Positions 1-12,778 of a DNA stretch of 64,000 nt are shown here, piece by piece. The stretch's first letter is position 1. Each line of letters begins with the position of its first letter. The position numbers and the translations under genes are program-made. Source of the stretch: Octopus vulgaris (Eukaryota); contig OX597820.1 of assembly GCA_951406725.2 (NCBI GenBank), positions 2,418,001-2,482,000 of the forward strand, written 5' to 3'. The notes under the pieces are model-generated. The model was not told the DNA's origin. It did no database searches and was given only the letters and a program-made list of their open reading frames with translations.

Positions 1-193
1 AAACACCATCCACATATATATACGTATATACGACGGGGTTCTTTGAGTTTCCGTCTACCAAATCCACTCACAAGGATTTGGTCGGCTCGAGGCTATAGTA
101 GAAGACACTTGCCCAAGGTGCCACGAAGTGGGACTGAACACTCATAACTATGTGGTTGATAAGCAAGCTACTTACCACACAGCCACTCCTGCG

Positions 194-247
<54 letters not shown>

Positions 248-928
248 AAATGGGACAAGAACGCAAAACATCCAGGTCTTTCGGAGTTTTCTTTCCTCAG
301 TCAAGTACCAGATTATCTTTGCAATTTCGGTTGTTTATACTCGAGATTGCTCCAATCTGGCCAGCCCCAAGGAAAAACTAAGCTAAGAACATTAGATTCC
401 TTGTAAGAAAGCAGCGAATGTATACGAAAACAAGGAAGGAAAACAATGGAGAAGGTTACACAAATACAAATAACAGGACACAACAACAGGTGTCTTTCGA
501 CTAAGGACGCATCAAATTAAGCTGGCGTGTGTGGAAGTAAAGCCTTACGGCAGAGATACAAGATTTCACAGGTACGGGGAAGAATGTAGATGTTGCACGG
601 ACAGCGGCCGAACCAAGAAAGAAAGGCCAGGCTTGGCCGAACACCGGTCACGTGGGGAGAGAAGAGAGAGATAGGTGGAGGGATAGAAGAAATAAGGAGG
701 TGCGAGAAAAAAATGACAGGGACACAGTGAAGTGAAAAGAGGATGGAAAGTGAGCATGAAGAGGAGGCAATTAAATATAAGAGAGGGGGAACGAAAGAAG
801 GAAGAGTGGAAGGAACGAAGTAAACGTAAAAGGGCTGATAGAAAGAAGGAAAGAATAAAAGAATAGAGTCGTACAAGATTTAGATAAATATATACTTACA
901 TATAAGAGACCAAAGTGTACGTACGCCG

Positions 929-967
<39 letters not shown>

Positions 968-1686
968 AATGGACACGTGTGTTCGGTACCTATTTACAAC
1001 TGCATAAATATTCATTAATTAGCGATCTCGCTGACGATCTAGAGATTCCAAATTAGCTTATTTGGCAATTAATAGAGGAACTCGAGTTCAGGATTAACTA
1101 ATTCATTTTTTGTTTGTTCTGGTGTTATAACAGCGTGCCTCATGAATTCTTTTTTCGTGGTTTGGGTTTTAACTGCCCTTTCTAGCATGTAAGAAGTCCT
1201 GTCAAAGGTCTCCTCTCTGTATATAAAAATATTTTATACACCTTATATTTTCAAATATGTGTGGGAGGGGGTGCGCGCGCGCTTCATATGTCCCGTGCCA
1301 ACGACATTGCCAGTTCGAAATTATCAAATGCGATAGGCACCTGCAGATGGCGGGTGAGTACAATGGCTGAAACATTGTGACTACAACAATGTTGTGCAGC
1401 CGTGGCCCGAGTATTCCAGTGTAGGGTGTCAGAAATCCCTCTCAGAAATTCAGACAGAAAAGCTTAACAACGTTAATATCCATTGTTGATCACTTAACAA
1501 TGTAATAAAAAATGTTTTACTTTGTGAAAAATAAAAACGAAAATCGTAAATAAATCATTTTTCTTATTCATGAAAATAATGTCATTAAATGTCAGTTCCC
1601 TCGTTTTAAGAGTACAAATGAAAAGGTTAATTAAAATAAATAACGTCAATAACAAAATAGTAGTAGTAGTAGTAGTAGTAGTAGTT

Positions 1687-1727
<41 letters not shown>

Positions 1728-1869
1728 CGTTCTCTAAGAGGAAAAGGTGACAGGAAGCTGAATGTTATTTAGATTACAAAAAATAAGAGAATACTTAATT
1801 TTGAACCTCATCAATTTAAAATAAATCAAACTCGAGTCTAATAAGAAAGGTGAAGAAATCTGCAGAGAA

Positions 1870-1975
1870 TAAACCGGAAGTGCCGCCATACTTATTCCAT
1901 GACATTATATATAACATGATATTATATTATTAAGGGCGTGGAGTTAGCAGGGAGGCGACACAGAGGGGCGGGAAG
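1870..1975. promoter_or_regulatory. Housekeeping-promoter-like motif cluster
   Basis: CCGGAAGT (ETS) abutting GCCGCCAT (YY1-like), a TATATA run, and GC boxes GGGCGTGG and GGGGCGGG. Confidence 0.45.
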
Positions 1976-2269
1976 ATGATTTACGAAATCTAGTTTGAAA
2001 ACTTCATAATTCCCTTTTTAAATTCGTCACTTTTCTAGATTTTGATCAAATACCAGTTATATATTATTTTGGTGTAAGCGTTTAGCCACAGTCTCTTGAC
2101 TAAAAGATTGCATCAGTTCAGAAACGCAACAAACAAATGAAACAGCAATTTTTAACTGAATTTGCTGGGGTTTCTTTTTAAGAATGGAGGTAAATTTTGA
2201 AATCTTTTTCGTGTCAGGTATTTTATACGTTTAAAAAAAATTATTCTAATACGTTAAATAATGACTCAC

Positions 2270-2620
2270 GCTATGATACCGACCGCCCCTCGATTCAAGC
2301 ACCAGTTGCTGATTCAGCTTCTTCAAATACCAACCCATTGAAGAAAATGTATCCGTAATACAACCCTTCCCAGCACCTAGTAGCAGAGGTGCCGACGACA
2401 GTGTGGGAATCTGCATAAGCCGACCATCGGCTGCAGGAGACGATGACGAAGCTCATCGGCAAATTTATTCGTGGCGATCTGACAATCTGCCGTATATGCA
2501 TCCTCTTCTTTTTGGCTAACTTGAATGCTCGGAGCTTGAAGGACGATAGCACAGTGTTCCATAGCAGTGAGCAACCGCTTCTGGTGGCTCGCAGCGAAAA
2601 TTATTTGTAAGGTAGTCGAC
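2270..2620 (-). other. CpG-rich candidate first exon of an unidentified minus-strand gene
   Basis: GC/CpG-rich unique segment ending at a C|GTGAGT donor (2269). An open frame MQIPTLSSAPLLLGAGKGCITDTFSSMGWYLKKLNQQLVLESRGGRYHS runs into the donor. No homolog recognised. Confidence 0.3.
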
Positions 2621-4864
2621 TGTCAACTAAGTGAAAAAAAAAACTGAGTCCTGTGTTGCTGACGAATGTCAGAGCGCCATCTACGCTGCTAAACAATATA
2701 TTGGAAACTTCCGTGGGCGACTTTGGCTACTTCTTTATGGTATGTCTCTCTAGATCTTCCCAGATGAGTAAGGACTGGCTTTATTATGTGTACGTTAGCT
2801 GCTTATTTCTCTGGGGTAGTCAAGATATATTCACCTCTGATGAGACCCCAATATGGCTAGAAAATCAATTAAAGCTGTTCAACATGTTTTCAACCAACAA
2901 AGAGTTAAATTTGTTGTTTTTAAACACACACACACACACACACACAACTGGTTTCTTTACAGTTGGATTTTGTGATCAAAGATAACGAATATGTGAACTA
3001 TCATCTCTCTCTCTCTCTCTCTGTCCTAAACTCACACCAATCACATCTGTCCATTCAGCTAGGTGTCGCTCATCATTCATCTAGAACTTTGTACCAGAGA
3101 TAGGTTTCCTTACAGAAACACGTCAGGATTGGTTGTTGTTGTTGTTGTTGTTGTTGCACATTGAACATTGTGATAGAAATGAAAAGGCAAAATACGTAAA
3201 TAAATCTACTCTTTTATTTGTTTGTCGTTTGTCTGCGGCCATGCTGGAGCGCCACATTTAGTCGAATAAATCGACCCCAAGACTTATTCTTTGTTAAGCC
3301 TAGTACTTATTATATCGGTCTCTTTTTGCCGAACCGCTAGATTACGGGGATGCAAACACACCAACATCGGTTGACAAGCGATGGTGGGAGAACAAGCACA
3401 CACCATAAACACATTTTTATAAGGTCGTGTGGTGAAGTCGACTTTGGCAGCACGTGATCCAACTTCTAGCTATCAAAATAAGATTTTAACTGAGAGTTTG
3501 CATATGTGCAGATCTTTGTATTTCAGTATTCCATCTTTGTCAATTGAATAAAGCGGCGAGCTGGCAGAATCGTTAGCACGCCGGGCGAAAGGCGTAGCCG
3601 TATTTCATCTGCCGTTATGTTCTGAGTTCAAATTCCGCCGGTAGACTTTGCCTTTCATCCTTTCAAGGTCGATAAATTAAGTACCAGTTACACACTGGGG
3701 TCGATGTAATCAGCTTAATCCGTTTGTCTGTCCTTGTTTGTCCTCTCTGTGCTTAGCCCCTTGTGGGTAGTAAAGAAATAGGTATTTCGTCTGTCTTTAC
3801 GTTCTGAGTTCAAATTCCGCCAAGGTCGGCTTTGTCTTTTATCCTTTCGGGGTCCATAAATTAAGTACCAGGGTCGATTTAATCAACTGCCCCCCCCCCC
3901 CACTCCCCAAAACTTTCAGGCCTTGTGCCTAGAAATGCTAAACATAGCATAAGACTAACGGAAGCCAAAGATGATCCAGCAGTGCACTTGACTCTGCTCA
4001 CCTGAAGAGATGCAGGTACACATGGAACTCATTGAGGGAGATTTTGTGTAGTCAGATGCCCTTCCTGTCACCAATCCTCACATGTTTATAAGCAAGGTAA
4101 TACTTCCCCATGACCAGACATGTTTTTGCAGGATTTTGAAGATGAGTTGACACCGCTTGTTTGACAGTGACACTCGTTTACAACTATTCCGCAATGCCAA
4201 GACAAGGAGGTGCACACACGATGGGCTTCCATACCGTTTCTGGTTACCAAATCTATTCACAAGACTAGATTAATACACACACATAGGTACACTGCACACA
4301 CACACAGATGTATACATATGTACACACACACACACACACAGGCAATAGCCGGGGGGGGGGGCTATTGCAGAAAACACTTGCCCAAGGTGTCATGCGGTAG
4401 GACTGAACCCATAGCCATGTAGTTGGTAAGCAAGTTTTTTAACTACACAACAATGCCTGCATCAAAGCAAAAAGCTGAAATCAGTCCTCTGAGAGACAGA
4501 GAGAGAGAGACAGAGAGAGAGACAGAGACAGACAGACAGAGAAATATGGAACAACAATTTGATAAAAAAGTATTTTTTTCTTTTTTAATTCTCTTTAAAA
4601 TATACAATGTAATCTTTCTGTTTTTACATTCATTCGTGATTAAAAGACCTGGACAGAATTAATGAATGCTTCCGACTGAAAAACACCAACTTAGGGCCAA
4701 TCGTGCTGATTTGAAAGAAGAGAGTTTGAAGTTTGGAGTATTGGCAGCAAGGGTTCTGCGAAGAACGGTTTCTACAAAACTGTGACACTTTGTACCAAAT
4801 TGGGAATGCAACATCAAAACCACAAACAGGGAAGGTTATGTGTTTGCATTAAGGGTGATAATGT

Positions 4865-5210
4865 GTACCCCTTGTGTGTGCATGTGCGTGTGCGTGTGTG
4901 TGTGTGTGCAGTGTGTGTACTTGTGTGTGCAATGTTCCTCTGTATATATATGTCTGTGCGTGCATGTGTAGTGTACTTATGTGTGCCTGTGTGTGTGTGT
5001 GTGCATGTGTTTGTGAGTGCATATGTGCAGTGTACCTATGTGTGTGCATGTGCACCTATGTGTACCTCTGTGTTTGTGTGTGCATTGTACCCATGTGTGC
5101 CTCTGTATGTGTGTGTGAATGGAATACATACACACACATATACCTATAACTGTGTGTCAGTGTATGTGTGTGTGTGTATTAGTGTGATCATCATCATCAT
5201 CATCATCATC
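4865..5210. repeat. Degenerate (TG)n microsatellite field, one of many (TA)n/(CA)n/(GA)n/(TAG)n tracts
   Basis: Visible simple repeats that account for the low-complexity ORFs in the track. Confidence 0.95.
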
Positions 5211-5489
5211 GTTTAACGTCTGTTGCCCATGCTAGCAACGGGTTGGATGGTTTGACCAGGGCTGGTAAGCTGGACAACCCATCCAACCCATGCCAGCATG
5301 GGCAACAGACGTTAAATGATGATGATCACACTAATACATACACACATGTAGATATGTGTAGTTATATGAGTGTGCATTTCAGAGTGTGTGTAAGTGTGTG
5401 AGTGTGTGCATAACTGTAATGTATACATCTGTATGCGTGTGTTTGGATGTTACATGTACCATAAGTGTGTTTTTGTGTGTGTATATATG

Positions 5490-5535
<46 letters not shown>

Positions 5536-5579
5536 TACATATACACACAACATCCATAGAACAACAAGTGAGTGTGACT

Positions 5580-5641
5580 CTAGCTGGACCACAGGTAGAA
5601 ATAGACTTTTTGCCAGTATGGAATGTAGGAAATCAAAGGAT
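5580..5641 (-). CDS. PEX16: PEX16 last coding exon 10 (NPLISYIPYWQKVYFYLWSS*)
   Basis: Polypyrimidine plus CAG acceptor, PL..Y.P.WQK.YFY.W C-terminal motif, TAG stop at 5582-5580. The spliced CDS totals 1029 nt (342 aa). Confidence 0.95.
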
Positions 5642-5706
5642 CTGAAAAGAGATAAAAATTTTTAAATATATCAATTAAGACTAAACATAACGAAACATTA
5701 AATGTC

Positions 5707-6052
5707 TACAGTTCTATATTCAAGAGATGAGGAATTATTTACATTATTTACATTTGACAGATATTTGTCCTCATCTTGTTTGTTGTTTACACAACGTTTC
5801 GGCTTTTATACCCTCCAGCCTTCATCAGGCATATGGCATAGTGGTTAAGAGCTTGGGCTACTAACCCCAAGATTCCGAGTTCGATTCCAGGAAGTGACCT
5901 GAATAATAATAATAACAACATCAAAAAATACTGTAGGAATGAGAACCCAAGTTCAAGATTTCGCCAAGACACCTGAAGGAGGCTGGAGGGTAAATAAACC
6001 GAAATGCCGTGTCAACAAGATGAGGACAAATATCCGTCAAATATAAATAATG
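5707..6052 (+). mobile_element. tRNA-cassette plus hammerhead element, copy 1 (inverted tail 5707-5830)
   Basis: A box TGGCATAGTGG and B box GTTCGATTCC within 5829-5899. Degenerate hammerhead at 5968-6012. The inverted tail holds an intact-core hammerhead on the minus strand (5788-5833). Confidence 0.75.
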
Positions 6053-6716
6053 TTTTAAATGTCTAATCTTTAAAATATCTCACTCCATCCATACATTTTC
6101 TATGAGGTTTGTAGGAGAAGAATCCTCAGGGCCTCCCCTCCATAGGATCCCATTAGAAGCAACTGTCTTTACACTTTCCAACTGGATTCCCTTGAGTAAT
6201 GAACTGAGACTACAGATATTATCCAGCCCCCCTCTCATTCATGCTCTGCCCCTGGGTCTCCTGCCACTTGGCTCAACTTGCAGAACCCATCTTGTGATTC
6301 TATCCTGTGACATTCTAAATGCATTTCTGTAATACCAGGGCTGTGACCCCTTGATGTGGAGAAGTTGTGGTTTGACCTGGAGAGACTTCCTGATCCTCCA
6401 AGCTCCACACCCTGTCGAGTAATGTTACTCGAGAGATCCTTCGGAGAAATTCCATTTAGGGCATTTGTACTGATTTCTCTTTTTTCAGTCATTCCCCCAA
6501 ACAGACAACAAATTTGGCTTTTTTGCCAACCTCTCCTCTTCTGGCAATCAAATGCTTGCGCTGACATATTACTCCACTGGTGCCTTGTTATGTCCTTATG
6601 CTTCCAATATCGTAGGGTGACTGATATTGTCGATGATAAAGAATACACTGTAACAGTGTAATAACAATACAAAATAGAAACAGCAACAAACCAACAATCA
6701 ATATTTCCAACAGACT

Positions 6717-7221
6717 GGGGGGGGGGGGGCAGAAACGTTAGGACACCAGATGAAATGCTCAACAGTATTTTGTCTGTCTTTACGTTCTGAGTTCAAATTC
6801 CGCCGAGGTCGACTTTGCCTTTCATCCTTTTGGGGTCGATAAATTAAGTACCAGTTACACACTGGGGTTGATGTAATCAACTTAATCCGTTTGTCTGTCC
6901 TTGTTTGTCCCCTCTGTGTTTAGCCCCTTGTGGGTCGTAAAGAAATAAGTATTTTGTCTGTCTTTACGTTCTGAGTTCAAATTCTGCCGAGGTCAATTTT
7001 GCTTTTCATCCTTTCGGGGTCGATTAAATAAGTACCAGTTATGCACTGGGGTCGATGTAATCGGCTTAATCCCTTTGTCTGTCCTTGTTTATTCCCTCTA
7101 TATTTAGCTCCCTGTGGGCAATAAAGAAATAAATTAAGTCCCAGTTGTGTACTGGGGTCAATCTAATCAACTAGCCCCCTCTCCCCAAAAAATTTCAGGC
7201 CTTATGCCTCGAGTAGAAAAG
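6717..7221 (+). mobile_element. SINE family B with Meta-domain-like core, internal duplication and 17-bp TSD (other copies about 3552-3930, 11398-11610, 18270-18501, 23535-23938, 57398-57613)
   Basis: Core GCCTTTCATCCTTTCGGGGTCGATAAATTAAGTACCAG. TSD AATATTTCCAACAGACT at 6700 and 7222. Confidence 0.8.
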
Positions 7222-8644
7222 AATATTTCCAACAGACTAACTCGTACTGTAAACTGAACCTTGACTTTGAAGACCAAGCTACGAACTGCCAACTACGTCA
7301 GACTGCTACTATTTATGTGTAGGGGTCCCGTCTATTCTCATCAGGGGAGGGTCATACTCTCACCACAACACACCCGCAATTCTCAACAATCATAAAACCA
7401 AACGGATCCTGTTTAACTTGTTTAATTTGTTTTGTCTTAAATTTCATTGATATCTTTTGTCTTTTGCTTGTTTCCGTCATTAGACTGCGACCATGCTGGG
7501 GCATTTGCCTAAAAAAAATTTTTAGTTGAATGAATCAACCCCAGGACTTTTTTTTTTTAAAGTCTTGCACTTATTTTATCAGTTTCTTTTGCTGTACTGC
7601 TAAGTGATGGAGATGTAAACACACTGACATAGGTTGTCAAGCATTGGAGGGGGACAAACACGGACACAAAGACACATGCACATGACAGGCATCTTTCAGT
7701 TTCCGTCTACCTAATCCACTCACAAGGCTCTGATCAGCCCCAGGGCTATAGTAGAAGACACTGAGCCACGTTATCATGCAGTGAGACTGAACTCAGAACC
7801 TTGTGGCTGGGAATCAAACTTCTTACCACACAGCCACGCCTGCACCTTCACATACAAATATTCAATTCAAATCTACAGCAGGACCCTTTATTTCTACCAT
7901 TGCCTAAGTTCATCTCAATACTACATTTCTGAAAATAAGGGTCAGAAAATCAAAGTTTTGAACACAAATAGTTACATAACCAACCCCCTCACACACGCGG
8001 CACGTAAAAGCCACCAACCGATCGTGGCTGTTGCCAGCCTCCCCTGGCACCTGTGCCGGTGGCACGTAAAAAGCACCATCCGTATGTGGCCGATGCCAGC
8101 ACCGCCTTGACTGGCTTCCGTGCTGGTAGCACATAAAAACCACCAACCGATCGTGGTCATTGCCAGCCTCCCCTGGCACCTGTGCTGGTGGCACGTAAAA
8201 GGCACCCACTACACTCACAGAGTGGTTGGCATTAGGAAGGGCATCCAGCTGTAGAAACATTGCCAGATCAGACTGGAGCCTGGTGCAGCCTCCTGGCTTC
8301 CCAGACCCCAGTTGAACCGTCCAACCCATGCTAACATGGAAAGCGGACATTAAACGATGATGATGATGATCAACAGCGACACTTTTATGTCCATTTTTTC
8401 ATGCTAGTATGAGTTAGATGAGTCTTTGTGAGACAGTATTCTACAGCAAGTTTTTCAACTGCGGTACTCCATTCTACTGGTCTTTGCACATCAAATTGCC
8501 GAGCAGCAAAAACAGTGCCAAAGTGGACATTGGAGGTTTACATGGTCTTCTGCTTCACCAGATTCTGTTGAACCATAAAGGCAGGGAAAATATGGACATT
8601 AGATAGTTTGTTGTTGTTGTTGTTGTAGTAGTAGTAGTTCTTCA

Positions 8645-8832
8645 CCATGATATATCGCTAGCCACTAAACCTTTTTCTATTTTCTCTCCCAGTTTATTTC
8701 TGTGTTCCTTTCTGTTGAAGAGCGTTGGCTCGAAATGTAAAAGACTTTTTCACTTCCCGACTGTTAAAATAATACATCTGTTTGTTGTTTACACACCCAT
8801 CTTCGTCTTTTGTTTCTTTGCAAATTCTCACT
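8645..8832 (+). mobile_element. Family-2 hammerhead-like repeat copy
   Basis: CTTTCTGTTGAAGAGCGTTGGCTCGAAATGTAAAAG, with shared flanks. Confidence 0.6.
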
Positions 8833-8836
8833 AGTT

Positions 8837-8871
<35 letters not shown>

Positions 8872-8950
8872 GGTGGTGCTACTGCTGCTAGAAATAACAG
8901 TAATATGCATGTAAGTAAAATGTGTTAAGACGTAGTAATTAAAGGCTTAC

Positions 8951-9015
8951 TTGTAAAATGATTCAAGCCAGGAATGCTGTCACCAAATACTTTCAATAAA
9001 ATTCTGATCTTTGCT
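8951..9015 (-). CDS. PEX16: PEX16 exon 9 (AKIRILLKVFGDSIPGLNHFT)
   Basis: TTCCAG acceptor, GTAAGC donor, D..PG motif, 65 nt. Confidence 0.9.
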
Positions 9016-10936
9016 CTGGAAATAGACAAGAAAATCAAAATCAATAATCAAACAGTTATCAAATCAATAATTCATGACATTGATCCACCACATATTTGGA
9101 GACTGGCAAATGTACAAATGTAGGTTTTGGAGAATGGATCATTCAGGGGGATATTTAGGATGAAACACTTGTGTTGGGGAGGGGTGGGGCTGTACTGAGT
9201 CTCCCAATGCAAGAGTCAATGTTTCATCAGGTCTGTGAGTGTCTCAGCCCCTTCTACAGCAACATCAGAGATGCCTGGGGACATCTATGTAAGCAACAAA
9301 ACTGTTACACAATAGCACAAGCTTTGTTTAGTCAGATGCTGCGACTCTCACCCAGATGTCACATCTCTCCCCCAGATGCTGCGGCTCTCCCCCAGCCTCT
9401 CCTTCAAGCCGTTCATCAGCATTGCTATCAGATGTTGCAACTTTTCATGGAATTAAGCAACCGAAAGACGACTTTCATTCTGACGGGAACAGCAGGTAAT
9501 TTTGATTAGGGTGGAAGCATTTTGGTTCACTCCTAGGAAGAGCGGTGACATTGAATATCTTTGCAGGAGGTCTGAGGAAAGGTGGGAGCAAAAGGAGGAA
9601 GAAACTAACGTTTTGGGGTTGTCGCTAACCACTATTTTCATCATCATCATCATCACCACCAAGAGCACCATTCAACATCCACGTTTCTATACTTGAATGG
9701 ATTGGATGGAACTTGCTGAAACAGATCTTCTGCAGCTGGATACCCTTCCTGTTGCCAACCCTCCCCTGTTTCCAAGTAAAGCAATATTTTAATATTTCCC
9801 CCACCCCACCCCACCCCATGGTTGGACATGTTTTCACATAAGATTGGTTCTGAAGGACACCACCTGTATAAAGGTGACACTTGTTTACAACAAGACAAGG
9901 AGAGAGTAACACACACACACACACACACATGTGCATGTGTTTGTATATATATCATCATCATCATCGTTTAATGTCTGCTTTCCATGCTAGCATGGGTTGA
10001 ACGGTTCGACCAGGGTCTGGGAAGCCTGGAGGCTGCACCAGGCTCCAATCTGATCTGGCAGTGTTTCTACAGCTGGATACCCTTCCTAATGCCAACCACT
10101 CCAAGAGTGTAGTGGGTGCTTTTTATGTGCCACCGGCATAGGGGCCAGAGGAGGCTGGCAATGTCCACATTCAGTTGGTGCTTTTTATGTGCCACCAGCA
10201 CAGAAGCCAGTCAAAGCAGCGCTGGCATCAGCCATATTCAGATGGTGCCTTTTACGTGCCACTGGCACAGGTATCACAACTACAATTTGATTTTTATTTT
10301 GATGTTGATGTACTTGACTCAATAGGTCTCCTCAAGCACAGAAGGTGACCCTACGATCCAAGGTAAGCACAGCAGGCCATCCTGCGATCCAAGTTTCTTT
10401 GAATGGGCTGGGGCTGGTTATGCGAAGCTGGTGTAAGATACAGCCTTGAACTCACGTTATTTGTCAGGTCTTCACAGTCACAGCATATCTCCAGAGGTCT
10501 CTGTTTTTCATCATTGCCTCTGTGAGGCCCAACGTTCGAAGGTCATGCTTGACCACCTCATTCCATGTCTTCCTGGATCCCTTCAACAGTTTTGGAGTGG
10601 CACTTCTTCACACAGCTCTCTTCATCCATCCGTTGTACCTGACCAAACCAGCACAAACGTCTCTCTTGCACGTCACATCCAATGCTTCTTATGTCCAACA
10701 TTTCTCCCAGGGCGCTTACACTCTGTCATGTGTGCACTCTGACATTACACACACACACACACAATGGGCTTCTTTTAGTTTCGGTTGACCAAAGCCACTC
10801 CCAAGACTTTGGTTGGTCTGGGGATATGGAAGAAGAGGAAGACACTTGTCAAAGGTGCTGCACGGTGGAATTGAACTCAAAGCCCCGTGTATTGCTTCCA
10901 CCCATTAATAAGTAATATTTGAGAAACAATACTTAC

Positions 10937-11056
10937 TCTGAGAATCTGTCATAGAATGGTGATCTTAGCAAATAATAAAACAGTGTGAAAGTCCTTCGTT
11001 TCAATTCGGTTCGTTCATTTGGGTTTAAATCTTTTAGGTCACCCATAACATATAAA
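10937..11056 (-). CDS. PEX16: PEX16 exon 8 ([40 protein letters not shown])
   Basis: Diagnostic [14 protein letters not shown] motif, TTCAG acceptor, GTAAGT donor, 120 nt. Confidence 0.96.
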
Positions 11057-12050
11057 CTGAAGATATAAATAAAAAAAAAAAAATTAAAATAAAATACATA
11101 TATATAGTAGGAGAGAAAGAGAGACAGAGGCAGATAGACAGACACATTTACACATATTCAGAAGGACAAACACACGCACATGCACATATACATGTATATA
11201 CACACACACACACACACACAAATATATTAACATAGAGCATAAAAAATATAGAACGCTAAGAAGAGAATACATAATTTCTTAACTCGACAGCTGTTTCAGG
11301 AAACTCAGATATATGTAATAATCACAATGTTCATACTTTGCAGATGGAATGTACAAAAAGTCTTGAGCATGCAACTAGTAAACAGTCACACAGAGATATT
11401 CTTTTCTACTCTAAGCACAAGGCCCGAAATATGGGGGGAGGGGGCCAGTCGATTAGATCTACCCCAGTATGCAACTGGTACTTAATTTATTGACCCCGAA
11501 AGGATGAAAAGCAAAGTTGACCATGGCGGAATTTGAACTCAGAACATAAAGACAGATGAAATACTGCAAAGCATTTCGCCCGGTGTGCAAATGTTTCTGC
11601 CAGGTCCCCACTCCCCCGCCTAGGTCACACGGAAATATTACCATAAGTCTGGCATCACACATCAAGAGAAAATTGGCTCTCCTTGAGATTCTCTTATAGC
11701 TACGCTTGACACTGTGGATGAAGAATACTGCAACAGCACAAGTGCTTTTTAAGTGGCACCAGTACCTGAAAGAACGAGCCTGGGTGGGTGGAAGACAGGG
11801 ATTTCACACAGCTCAATTAGTGTCTTACCAAGGACAGCAAATCATCACATCTCGTGGCCCCTTTGTCATTTCCTTAGAGCACCCACTACACTCTCGGAGT
11901 GGTTGGCGTTAGGAAGGGCATCCAGCCGTAGAAACACTGCCAGATTTGACTGGGCCTGATGAAGCCTTCTGGCTTCACAGACCCCAGTAGAACCGTCCAA
12001 CCCATGCTAGCATGGAAAACGGACGCTAAACGATGATGATGATGATGATG

Positions 12051-12081
<31 letters not shown>

Positions 12082-12091
12082 CATACACACA

Positions 12092-12275
12092 TGCCATGAG
12101 ATCGCTAGCCACTAAGCCTTTCTTATTTTCTCTCCCTGTATATTTCTGTGTTCCTTTCTGTCGAAGAGCATAGGCTCAAAACGTAAAAGACTTTATTTCC
12201 CGAGTGTTAAACTAATACACCTGTTTGTTGTTTGCACACCTGTCTTTGTGTTTCGTTTTTTAATAAATTCTCCCT
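12092..12275 (+). mobile_element. Family-2 hammerhead-like repeat copy
   Basis: CTTTCTGTCGAAGAGCATAGGCTCAAAACGTAAAAG, with flanks similar to the 8645 and 38880 copies. Confidence 0.6.
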
Positions 12276-12295
12276 ATATATATATATATATGTAT

Positions 12296-12348
<53 letters not shown>

Positions 12349-12705
12349 CATATATATATAGGAAAGGAAAAAAATAATAATAATAAGGCAGAATGATAAA
12401 CTGAAAGCAAATTTTAATATAAATGGGTGTAAGAAAGATTAACCTTTTTAACCATTTATATTAAAATTTGCTTTCAGTTTATCATTCTGCCTTATTATTA
12501 TTATTTTCTTCCTTTCCGATTATTTCTCCACGTGTGGTTAACACAACCCCACCATTTACTGACTTACATACATACATACATACATATAACTGATGTCCAA
12601 CGACTGAATTCACTGTGCTCTGCCCGTCTTTTATGTTAACATTGTTTCTCCACTGCCATGAATGGAATGTAGACTGGAAAATGAGAGAAAATAAATAAGC
12701 CTCAC

Positions 12706-12778
12706 CTAGCAATGTCCATTAAGCAAGAACTCATCCATGGTTTCCATGACTTTTTACCATTCCAACTTAATAGGAGGA
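12706..12778 (-). CDS. PEX16: PEX16 exon 7 (ILLLSWNGKKSWKPWMSSCLMDIAS)
   Basis: SWKPW motif, CTAG acceptor, GTGAGG donor, 73 nt. Confidence 0.93.

Noticed and set aside
1347-1359. ATGGCGG|GTGAGT micro first exon on plus
   Set aside because: The context CAC-CTGCAGATGGC...GCT-GAAACATT-GTG looks like a decayed hammerhead-type repeat, and no downstream coding exons were found.
5829-5899. Functional tRNA gene with anticodon ACT (also 13709, 23043, 44187)
   Set aside because: The acceptor stem does not pair properly, the copies diverge, and all are embedded in a repeat. It is a tRNA-derived cassette only.
6102-6762. 175-aa ORF and overlapping ORFs in PEX16 intron 9
   Set aside because: It begins inside a SINE. 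There is only a faint stop-interrupted resemblance to a LINE endonuclease start, too weak to call.
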